Below are positions 50,960 through 61,788 of a stretch of 61,788 bases of DNA, piece after piece (position 1 is the first letter of the stretch; the number at the start of each line of letters is the position of its first letter). Both the position numbers and the translations under genes were made by a program. The notes beneath the pieces are model-generated. The model did not search any database and was not told where the DNA came from. It saw only the letters and a program-made list of their open reading frames with translations. This stretch comes from Octopus bimaculoides (taxonomy: Eukaryota), in contig NC_069003.1 of NCBI RefSeq assembly GCF_001194135.2, positions 21,025,477 through 21,087,264 on the forward strand, in the 5' to 3' direction.

Positions 50960-51830
50960 GTTCTTCACTGACCTTTGACTGTTGGATATCTTGTGTGTTT
51001 CTTGAATTCATGCAGGTCTCTCAAGTTTTTTGGCAAAGTATTGAAAAACTGCTGGCATCTTCTTATGTTCGTCCTTTAAATCTTCCAAATGTCTTGCAGA
51101 CTTTTATTCTCCCAGATATTGCAATCATTTGTAGCATATGAATTAAGGAGCTGCATTCTCTCTTCAAGAACCCAAGTTCAGCCATACTTTGCTCCAGGTG
51201 GGTTGGCACATATCCTATTGCTCCAATAATAATGAGTATGAAAATGAAAGTATATTTTGGGTACTGGGCTTGCAAACTCCTTATCGGTGGTCCATAGGCG
51301 TTTTCTTTGCCCTGTATTTTTGACCACATTGGTATCCAGAGAGCAGCTGATTTCCAGATCAGAGCATATCTTTTGTCTTGCAGCCCAACATAACAATATT
51401 TGGCACGTTGTGTTTTAACTTGGTGGTTGTTTTAATTTTTTTAGTTCCACCAATATTCCTTTGGTATCAATTTTATCAACTTTGTTGCTATTTTCTCTTT
51501 ACTTATTCTATTCCAGACTGTTAACCATTTCATGCCTCATGGGAAGGTAATATATGGAAGACATTTTCTTGCTGTTGGCAATGATGCAGTTGATTTCTTT
51601 AGATTTAGTTTTGCACAGCCTACATTGGTTGTCTTTCAGTGTTTTCTGCCTTTTATTCCGCAGGTATTTGATGGGGATCTCTTGTTCTTAAATTGCATGG
51701 TGGTAGCCTTCAAAATAGGTTATCATAAATTTGTTGGTACTCCACAGCAAGCTTTTGATATGATTTGTTCCCACTATGGCTTGCATCATTCATTCATGCC
51801 TAGTACCCATACACTACTTTCTCAGTGAAC
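50960..51830 (-). mobile_element. R4/Dong-type LINE 3' end (REL domain)
   Basis: LEISCSLDTNVV.KIQGKENAYGPPIRSLQAQYPKYTFIFILIIIGAIGYVP...LGF...LQMIAISG..KVCKTF resembles the terminal REL region. Confidence 0.7.
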
Positions 51831-52884
51831 TGGTCTTCTTTTTTTTATAATTTATTGTTCTGATAAATAGAATTTACCTCTGTGTGTATGTGTGCATGTG
51901 CATGCATGCATGTGCGCATGTATTCATGTGGAGGCACAAGCATATATGGGTTCAGAAGTGGACAGCATCGCACATATGGATGTTACTGCATGCTAAGCTT
52001 GATGAATGTTTTAAATATTATGACAGTACCTATGACAACTTGTAACTGTAATCTTCTGATTAGGTGTCTTCTTTCTGGTTTTGTAAATGCCTGCTTCTCA
52101 CCATAGCTGCTGGGATAGTGAGTCACACAGTCAAGTACTCGATAATTATTGGTATCAATCTAAAACTATTCCCAAGATGGAGTACCTGCTGATTTCCCAT
52201 CAGGTCAATGAAGATGTGCTCTTTTATCACTAACATTTAACCTTATCTTTTATCCTTTACTTGTTTCAGTCATTTGATTATGGCCATGCTGGAGCACTGC
52301 CTTGAAGGGCTCTTAGTAGAATGAATCTACCCTAGGATTTATTATTATTTTGTAAAGCCTGGTACTTATTCTGTCAGTCACTTTCACCAAACCATCAAGT
52401 TATGGGGAAGTAAAGACAACAACATTGGTTGCCAAGTGGTGGTGGAACACACACACACACACACGCACGTGCAGATGATGGGCTTCTTTCACAAGGCTTT
52501 GGTCAGTCTGAGGCTATCGTTGAAGACACTTGCCCAAGGTGCCACACTGTGGGACTGAACCTGGAACCACGTGGTTCAGAAACAAACTTCTTATCACACA
52601 ACCATACCTGCACCTGTTGGGCAACTGACTGCATAGTTTCTTTTCTCTGTCCTAAATCATTGTCTGGTCTGTTGTGCTTGCATAATATCAGAGTCTTAAC
52701 AGTGACATTTCACCAGTATAGGCACAGGAGTGGCTGTGTGGTAAGTAGCTTGCTTACCAACCACATGGTTCTGGTTCAGTCCCACTGCGTGGCACCTTGG
52801 GCGAGTGTCTTCTACTATAGCCTCGGGCCGACCAAAGCCTTGTGAGTGGATTTGATAGACGGAAACTGAAAGAAGCCTGTCATA

Positions 52885-52915
<31 letters not shown>

Positions 52916-53687
52916 NNNNNNNNNNNNNNNNNNNNNNNNNNNNNNNNNNNNNNNNNNNNNNNNNNNNNNNNNNNNNNNNNNNNNNNNNNNNNNNNNNNNN
53001 NNNNNNNNNNNNNNNNNNNNNNNNNNNNNNNNNNNNNNNNNNNNNNNNNNNNNNNNNNNNNNNNNNNNNNNNNNNNNNNNNNNNNNNNNNNNNNNNNNNN
53101 NNNNNNNNNNNNNNNNNNNNNNNNNNNNNNNNNNNNNNNNNNNNNNNNNNNNNNNNNNNNNNNNNNNNNNNNNNNNNNNNNNNNNNNNNNNNNNNNNNNN
53201 NNNNNNNNNNNNNNNNNNNNNNNNNNNNNNNNNNNNNNNNNNNNNNNNNNNNNNNNNNNNNNNNNNNNNNNNNNNNNNNNNNNNNNNNNNNNNNNNNNNN
53301 NNNNNNNNNNNNNNNNNNNNNNNNNNNNNNNNNNNNNNNNNNNNNNNNNNNNNNNNNNNNNNNNNNNNNNNNNNNNNNNNNNNNNNNNNNNNNNNNNNNN
53401 NNNNNNNNNNNNNNNNNNNNNNNNNNNNNNNNNNNNNNNNNNNNNNNNNNNNNNNNNNNNNNNNNNNNNNNNNNNNNNNNNNNNNNNNNNNNNNNNNNNN
53501 NNNNNNNNNNNNNNNNNNNNNNNNNNNNNNNNNNNNNNNNNNNNNNNNNNNNNNNNNNNNNNNNNNNNNNNNNNNNNNNNNNNNNNNNNNNNNNNNNNNN
53601 NNNNNNNNNNNNNNNNNNNNNNNNNNNNNTATATATATAGTTGAAAAGTGGTTAAGAGTTCATACAAATCAAAAATGATAGTTAAAA

Positions 53688-54037
53688 AAGTGAATAAAGT
53701 TAGAAAGGGCACAAAAGTATATTTTAAAGAATGTTTAATATTTTTGTTAAAGTGAGTGATTTAAGATATAACAAGTTTTGATGTAGCCATCTTATCAAAT
53801 ATAAGAAATAATTTTTTTGGTATTCTGAGAGAAAAAGAAAATAAAACTTTGGGGTTTAACAATTTGTACCAAGAACTCAAACATGGGTACAAAATGTTAA
53901 CCCCCACAAAAAATTCTTTCTAATATTTGATAAGCTGGATACATCGAAACCAGTTATATTTTAAATCACTCACTTCAACAAAACTATTAAACATTCTCTA
54001 AAATAAACTTTTGTGCCTTTTCCAACTTTATTTACTT
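53688..54037. mobile_element. AT-rich foldback MITE
   Basis: Arms 53688-53870 and 53886-54037 are imperfect reverse complements around a 15-nt spacer. Confidence 0.75.
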
Positions 54038-54039
54038 AG

Positions 54040-54765
54040 GACGCCACACTTAGTTGGCAAATATATGTTACAGTTCCGTACTGCGACTGTTTATATCACA
54101 CTTAGAGATTTAATATAACATTCTCTTCTATGAGATCAGTGACAGTGAGTCGCTAGAAAAACATATAGTAATTTGTGAGTAGAATGATCTTCTATCACTA
54201 GCTGGTGATTAACACACACTGAGGACAGGTAACCACTCAGAAACTTGAGTCTGTGTATATCACGTAAGGCTAGAGATGGGAGTAATGACCTCCCCTCACA
54301 AATACTAATCGGACACAGAATGTGTGTCGTTAGCCAGCTGGCGGAGATGTCTTCCTGGGGCTACAAGCATCAGCAGCACTGTCCTGTATAGAATGCCACA
54401 CTTGGTTGGCAAATATATGTTACAGATCCATACTGCTACTGTTTATATCTCACTCAGAGATTTAATATAACATTCTCTCTCTTCTATGAGACCAGCGACA
54501 GTGAGTCGCTAGAAAAATATATAGTAATTTGCGAGTGGAATGGGCTTCCATCACTAGCTGGTGATTAACACACACTGAGGACAGGTGACCACCCAGCAAC
54601 TTGAGTCTGTGTATATCATGTAAGGCTAGAGATGGGAGTAATGACCTCCCCTCACAAATACTAATCGGACACAGAATGTGTATTGTTAGCCAGCTGGTGG
54701 AGATGTCTTCCTGGGGCTATAAGCATCAGTAACACTGTCCTGCATAGGATGCCACACTTGGTTGG

Positions 54766-54770
<5 letters not shown>
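54040..54770 (+). ncRNA. Retrozyme-like tandem array (two full ~355-bp monomers plus a ~30-bp partial), each with a hammerhead motif (locus 3)
   Basis: GCCACACTT.GTTGGCAAATA at 54043, 54395 and 54751 (periods 352 and 356). ACACA-CTGAGGA-caggtaaccactca-GAAAC-ttga-GTC-TGTGT at 54214-54256; the second copy at 54570-54612 has GAAAC changed to GCAAC. Confidence 0.8.
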
Positions 54771-54840
<70 letters not shown>

Positions 54841-54842
<2 letters not shown>

Positions 54843-55700
54843 GGAACAAAAATGCAATAGAGGACAATAAAACATTCAGACAGATAGATGATACACAGGC
54901 AGATAAAAGAAACAAGAAAAAGAAAAGGACAGGCAAAAAAGACAAGTCATTCGTGGCTTTCTTTCCTCAGTCAAGTATCAGAAGTCACAACTGTTTTTGG
55001 CAGTTACACTTGAGATTGTTTGATCTGGTTGCCCCCAAAAAGGTCTAAGCTAAAAGCATTAGACCCCTTTGTAAGAACGCTAGCGAATGTGTACAGCAAT
55101 AAAGACAAAAACAGAGAACATGGTACACAAACAGACAAAAAACGGAAAACATGGTACACAATTACGAATAAAAATAACAATAGGTGTCTTTCGACTGAGA
55201 ATGAATCCAGTTGAGCTGGCGTGTATGAAGGAACATAAGAGATGGGCATAAGAGGGGTTGGCGGTTGGCAGTCAGGCCAAGAAAGAAAGATCATGGCTGG
55301 CCAGACACTGATCACGTGGAAGGAGAGATGGGTAGGGGGCAGCGGGATGAAAGGATTAGAAAAAAATCAGAGACAAAGAGAAAGGTACAGGGGAGATAAA
55401 CGAGTGGGAAATAGCGGGAGTTAAAGAAAGAGAGGGCCAAGAAATGTGAGAGAGAGGGGAACGAGAAAAAGAAAAAAGGAAGAAAGTAAGAGGGGGGACT
55501 AAAAGATAGAGTGAGAGTCGTACAAAATTTAGATACATACCTACTATAGGGTGAGCACAAGTGTGTACGTATGCCGCTATATGTATATATAAATATAAAA
55601 ATGGAACAAAAATGCAATAGAGGACAATAAAATATTCAAACAGATAGATGATACACAGGCAGATAAGAAAAACAATTAGAAGGGCAGGCAAAAAAAGATG
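54841..55700. repeat. PLE-like remnant bounded by ~70-bp direct repeats (period 760)
   Basis: ATGGAACAAAAATGCAATAGAGGACAATAAAA.ATTCA.ACAGATAGATGATACACAGGCAGATAA at 54841 and 55601; degenerate hammerhead-like motif (CTGAGGA...GAAT-GAC-tt-GTC) on the minus strand near 54945-54975. Confidence 0.55.
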
Positions 55701-57260
55701 GTTCATTCATGGCCGCACCAATTACACTCTCATAGTGATTGGCGTTAGAAGCTGTAGAAACCATGCCAAATCAGATTGGACTCTGGTACAGCTTTCCACA
55801 TTGTCAGCTCTGGTCAAACTGTCCAACCCATACCAGCATGGACAGGACATTAAATGATGATGATGATGAATGTATATATGTATATGTATATATTTTCATA
55901 TATGTATGTGCATATATGATGGAACTAATAGACAAGCTTTATCTCCACAAGGTAGAGGGTGGCAATAAGGAAGTGAGGGATAGGGAAGGGAGGAGATGGA
56001 GAAAAAAGAAAGAAAGCTGACTCAACCATTACTGATTACCATAATATTAATAGAGAACGACTTTGAAGGATAATGGAATAAGGGTTATGGGGGCAAAGCT
56101 CTAAACTATGATTGAGAATCATTGCATAGGAATAAAAAGAAATTACTACAACTTAGCAGAGTTATAAGGGAAATTAAAAATTAAATGTAAGTAAATAATT
56201 AAAAGGTACTTAAAATTATAAGAAAAAGGGATGCATTAAGATATATCATCCCTCCCTATCCTTATTACTGCCCTCTGCTTTGTTGACTTGTGAAGATAAA
56301 GCTTGTGTATTGAGTCCATCACAAATGACGTTGATAATTTAGTAGGTTGACCTGACCTCAAATCATTTTCTTACCGATGAAAGTAAACAAACAAAGTTTG
56401 TTCTTTTTTAGAAGCGTTGAGATGTATTGTAAGATACAGAAATAAATTTATTTCTCAAACGCGTGATAATGCTATAAATAGCATGATCAGGATAAATTAT
56501 CCATTTATTGCAGAAAAATACGTTACTGGCCAGCCATTTTCTTACCACTGGCCAGTAGACATTAAACAACTTCTTAATAGATAAACTTAAGACTAATGGA
56601 GCCACACCCTCCTCTCTTGTTAGAAGTAGAGATAATTGGGTCACTGAAGTTAATTATTCCTTCCCCCTCCTAAAAACCCTACTAACCTCTAAATCTCGCT
56701 GTTCTGATCAAATATACACTACTCTGGTAAATCTATTCTGTCAACTGAAATATTAGCAGAATCACTGTAAATGTTTTGCTTTGTTGATTTTAAACTGTTA
56801 AATCATTTTTAATGCCCTTTATTTGAAATTCATTAATTCAGCTGATGAAAACAGTTTCTTTACAATGATGTAATGTTTTCATTAATCAATTAAAGGAGTC
56901 ATTAGAAATGGCCATAATGGATTGACACCTGTATCTCTATTGTTATTCATTTATATATATATCAGAAAAAGAGATGATAAAAGAATAAATGATTACCTTA
57001 TGAACTTCATTAGACTGTTTCCACTATAAGATGTGGTGGACTCATAGTTAAGTGCCTAAGTAACACCTTACTGTCTTCTCAGTCTCAAATATATATATAT
57101 ATATATATATATANNNNNNNNNNNNNNNNNNNNNNNNNNNNNNNNNNTATATAGTCAATTTAAACATGAACAAACAAGCAAAAACACGAAGAAACAACGC
57201 GAGGACGTGGAATAAGTACAGTGTTATTGGACGCTCAGGAAAGGAAAGAAAAGAAAGAGG

Positions 57261-57295
57261 ATTTAACGTTTCGATTGGAGATCTTCATCAGAAAT
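57261..57295 (-). ncRNA. Minimal type I hammerhead motif in a PLE-like terminus
   Basis: ATTT-CTGATGA-A-GAT-ctcca-ATC-GAAAC-GTT-AAAT. Confidence 0.55.
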
Positions 57296-60275
57296 ATAGG
57301 AAAAGTCCAAAGAAGGGAAGACAGAGAAAGAAAATCGCCAACGATGCACACATGGTCACACATATATGTATATATGTATGTATGTACATGTACATATATA
57401 CATACATATATACATACATATATACATACATGCATACATATGTCTGTTATTACCAAGTAATTTTCACAATAGAATGCTTTGGCAGACTTTCAGAATAGCA
57501 CACCAATGTAAGGTGGATCTTCTCCGTTTTAATTGGGATCTTTCAAATTTTTTTTTTTTTACTACACCCTTTTTTTGAAAATTTATGAATCTACCCCTCT
57601 ACCTACCTTCCAGACTGATTTTGTCCACTTTTCCTTTTTGCACTATGCACTTAAAAATAATAGGAAACACCTTTTTGTTTCAAGAAAAGAAATAAAAATT
57701 GTTTTATGAACTTACGATGAAAGTAAACAAACAAATAATTTATTCTCAAACACATGATAATGCTAATACAATAGCATGACCAGAATAAACTATCCATATA
57801 CTGCAGATAAAAATTGTTACTGGCCAGCCATGAGATTAGAACTCACATCTCTCTGATTACATGTCAAGTGCTTTAACCTTTAAGCTAAACTGCCCAGCAA
57901 CGAATTGTTCTGCAATTTTAGGATTTATGAGAGTTAGAGGTTGGGAAGCCAACCAACTAAGGGATAGTATCTATCCAATTATTCATACCCAAATGCTGGT
58001 TATTGTGTGGCAATCTCGCAATTGAGAGTCATATATGGGCGGGGGGTAAAAAGTGGTTTACCCTTAATTTATACAGCAAATAAGAGAAAATGGAGAGGAC
58101 ATACATCAGCTGATAGACATTCCAGTGTGCCTATTTATTCAAAAGTATTAGAAAGTATTAGAAGAGTACATACACATGTATTAACTATGTGTTACACACA
58201 CATCTATCAATTAATATTACAGGAAAGAGTATAAGATCAGTTCCTTACAGCCGTTTCTGCGAAGAGGCAACAAAATCATCCATGCTATCTCCATCTCTTC
58301 GGTGTTCTGTAAGGATGGGCAGATAAAGTTTGGATGATGAGTGTGCCTCTAGTCTTCTTCAGAGGGTCTAACTGGTTATGAGGGTTAATACATATAATAA
58401 ACGGTTAACAATAGGTACAGTGTATTTGTCATTATTGAAAAGGGCAGAAAAAGAATAGGAGCAAATATGAGGCTGTGAGAGAAGTGCAGCTTATTAAAAT
58501 GAATTAGGTATAAGAAGGGGAAATAAGCTACAAACTTCCTATGGTGTATTCCAAGATTCATGTTACCTTGTCCAATGGTGGATAGGTGAGGGTAGTCGTT
58601 CTTGGGAGGAGTTTATAGGAAGGGTGTATTTAGGCAGTAGTTCACATTATGTTTACATAGAAATGCAGTGGTGAATTTGAAGGTATTGTCCGAGTTACGG
58701 AGGTGAAAGTTCATATATAAAGTGCCAGCTAGTAGGTGCAACATTGTGGATGGTATGACATAAGTAGCTTATGATGGTAAACCCATCATGGGAAGATTTG
58801 GTATATAAGTGTACTAATGGGAGTAAGGAACCAGTTGATGACTAAAGTGTGGTGTTAGTGTTCATTATTTTTTTGCCGATCCACTAGTCTCTGAATCCCT
58901 TTGTGTAGTGAGGTGGGGTCATGGTCAGTCCTACAACCTAATTGGTCAGCTATTTTTTTGAAAACCATGATGTGGTTCCGGTTCGTTGATGGTTAACAGA
59001 TAAGACAAAAACAAATCAAATGAATATATAAACCATGGCCAGTAAGGGCAAATAAAAGAGCAAAGTAGGATTAAAAACAGGTAAATAAGTGAGTAGGTGC
59101 AATAACTAAAATAATGGGACTTAGGGAGGAGGATCCTAATGAACAGCATACGAAAAGTAAAAGAGTATAAACCGTATAAAAATATAGAAATATAAAATAT
59201 ATATCTATCTGTTGGGGGAATCTACTGTATATGGTTCAACATAATAGAGGAGCTGGATAGGGGATTGATTATTGCTGGAAGGCAGAAGAAGGAGGATTTT
59301 GTAAATAGGGACAAAAATGGACATGTTTGTTTTGCTAACTTATAGTTATTCAGTGATAAAACTTATACAAGTAAGATATTAGATATAAAGTATTAAAGGA
59401 ATGGCACTGTGTTATAGTATTAGATTATTAAGTTAAGTGTTTTATTTAAAAGGGGTCATTTGAAGAAAATGTTTACATGGATATATATTAACTGCTATCT
59501 GTAATTCTGTGTATAGCTAAAGGGGCGGGGTAACCTGAGTATTTCTAGCTACTTAATTGATTGATTAATTAATTAATTAATTCTGTATTGGAATAGTACT
59601 CAATTTAGGTCAAAGGGAAGAGGTAGTATCAGTTGCAGTTGCAAATTGGAGTCAACTATGGGGTGTATTATGTTGTAGTTTAGCTATATTTATAATTTAA
59701 GCTAGTGGCCAGTGTGCTATATTATTATTACTACTATTAATTATTATTCTGCTCATTTCTAGGGTGCATTTTAATGACTAGGTGCTAGTATGTATGATGA
59801 ACTATTCCTGCGTATATTTTCTAAAAGTTCATAAGAGCATGGTTCTTAGCCACAGTGTATAAGTTACATTTATGTAGAGTACTCCTAGTAGGGGTATGGA
59901 GTAACATACTATTGGTGGACAAAGACGATGGGGTATTTCTATCAGTACTTGTCTATACTCATTCTCCAGCAATCATACATACAAATATATCTATAGGCCC
60001 ACACATGCTCCTATACTAATACTAATCAGGTATATATTCACATCCATATCCATGTGTGTGCACCATTATATACATGCAAATCCATACTGGCCCTTACCCA
60101 CACCCTTACCTCAACACATATGCACACATATATATACATCCATTTCTACAACTATGGATGCATATGTGTGTAAGCATCCAAGAACCTATGGCTTTTTACA
60201 TAGTCTCTCATATATACCTATGCAAATACAAATATATGCATACATACACATGTCCATACCTATATCTATATAAGC

Positions 60276-60314
<39 letters not shown>

Positions 60315-60646
60315 ACAGTCTGTCAGATACCGGCCATGATGAATACCACAAGGTATTGAAAATACGTATTCGCCATTATATATTTAATCCTTTATATTGA
60401 ACACTCAATATTTCATATATTCAATAAGACATATTCCATATATTCAATAAGACATTCAATACTTCATTTCATTGTACCATCCATTTTTATATTATATATT
60501 ATATATTCCATATTCTATATCCCACATTAATTTTACAAGAATATAAATAAAACATAAAAAACAGAGTTGGAACTCTTTTAAATAAAATAATATATTCCTC
60601 TATACACGATCATACAAAACCCCCTTTTTTTGTATTTATTTTTACT

Positions 60647-60712
<66 letters not shown>

Positions 60713-60784
60713 TATGTGTATATATACATACACATACATATCTACCCATATATGCATATATATATATATACATGCACACATACT

Positions 60785-60857
<73 letters not shown>

Positions 60858-60919
60858 NNNNNNNNNNNNNNNNNNNNNNNNNNNNNNNNNNNNNNNNNNN
60901 NNNNNNNNNNNNNNNNNNN

Positions 60920-60952
<33 letters not shown>

Positions 60953-61429
60953 ATATATATATGTGTGTGTGTAAATATGTGTATATATATATACATATAT
61001 GTGTGTGTGTATGTATATATATTTCTTTATTGCCCATGGGGGACTAAACATAGAGGACAAACAAGGACAGACAAAGGTATTAAGTCGATTACATCAACCC
61101 CAGTACACAACTGGTACTTAATTTATCAACCCCGGAAGGAAGACAGGCTAAGTCGACCTCAGCGGAATTTGAACTCAGAATGTAGCGGCAGACGAAATAC
61201 CGCTAAGCACGTCGCCCGGCATGCTAACGTTTCTATATATATGTTTTCGCGTGTGTGTATGTATATACAGCAGATAAGAAAACGGAGAGGATATAAAATC
61301 GACAGACATCAGCCGGTAAACATTCCAGTATGTCTATTTATTGAAATGTATTGGATGAATACACACCCATGTATGAGTGGTACAGATTAGCAAGTGGAAA
61401 AAGCCGGTAACTGCATAAACAAGGGTGTG

Positions 61430-61680
61430 AAAACATAGAAACAAATGAGCAATTGAACTGAATGGTGTGCAGGTGCTAGTTCCTGCACCGGCACACACTA
61501 ATACTGCCTGACTAACACCGCCAAATTCCACTCAGTGGCCACATAGACTCTTGCGCCAGAAACAAAAACCCTAAATTCCTTATATTCCCTTTCTATCAAT
61601 GTAAAGACAGAATCTCCACACAAGAAAGAATCAACAAGGAGAATCTTTTTATAGAGAAATTCCAACCACTTCTTAACACA
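61430..61680 (+). mobile_element. Penelope-like element GIY-YIG endonuclease C-terminal remnant
   Basis: HRQIPLSGHIDSCARNKNPKFLIFPFYQCKDRISTQERINKENLFIEKFQPLLN resembles the H...C...F.IFPF...R..KE..FI.KF.P.LN ending of PLE ORFs. Confidence 0.65.
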
Positions 61681-61788
61681 CAGACCCCTCGGTGACCATA
61701 TTTCTCTAAGAACAGACATAAACTTCCTGTTGACAAAGAGTCCAGAACTCCAACTAAAGAGTATAAAACCCACAGAATTGTCTTCCCT

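Noticed and set aside
54040-54770. CRISPR-like or simple satellite array
   Set aside because: Eukaryotic context, no short repeat-spacer pattern, and dispersed diverged homologues with hammerhead cores fit a retroelement better.
58240-58335. Hammerhead on the minus strand (CCGAAGA...GAAAC-GGCT-GTA)
   Set aside because: The core CUGA is mutated and stem I/II pairing is unconvincing; at best a dead relic.

Overview
AT-rich, microsatellite- and gap-rich animal genomic DNA, most likely a coleoid cephalopod (Octopus-type; inferred from the tRNA-derived SINE families and repeat style, not confirmed by a search). The only host coding sequence I can support is a 135-nt exon (12404-12538, +) of a ChaC-family glutathione-specific gamma-glutamylcyclotransferase (CHAC2-like). 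I could not find its downstream exons, so the following sequence is probably intron or intergenic. The rest is decayed mobile DNA: Tc1/mariner, hAT and piggyBac-like elements and MITEs; R4/Dong-, RTE- and Tx1/L1-type LINE fragments; a Gypsy integrase remnant; Penelope-like (PLE) remnants; and at least four SINE families. The most interesting signal is a family of ~355-bp non-coding tandem monomers at three loci (37.4-37.6, 43.96-44.48 and 54.04-54.77 kb). Each locus carries a minimal type I hammerhead ribozyme motif whose stems differ in sequence between loci but largely keep pairing, consistent with a retrozyme-like system that could make circular RNA. Further hammerhead motifs sit in PLE-like termini (21.6, 40.3, 57.3 kb). 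All alignments and folds were done by eye, and most repeat boundaries are approximate.
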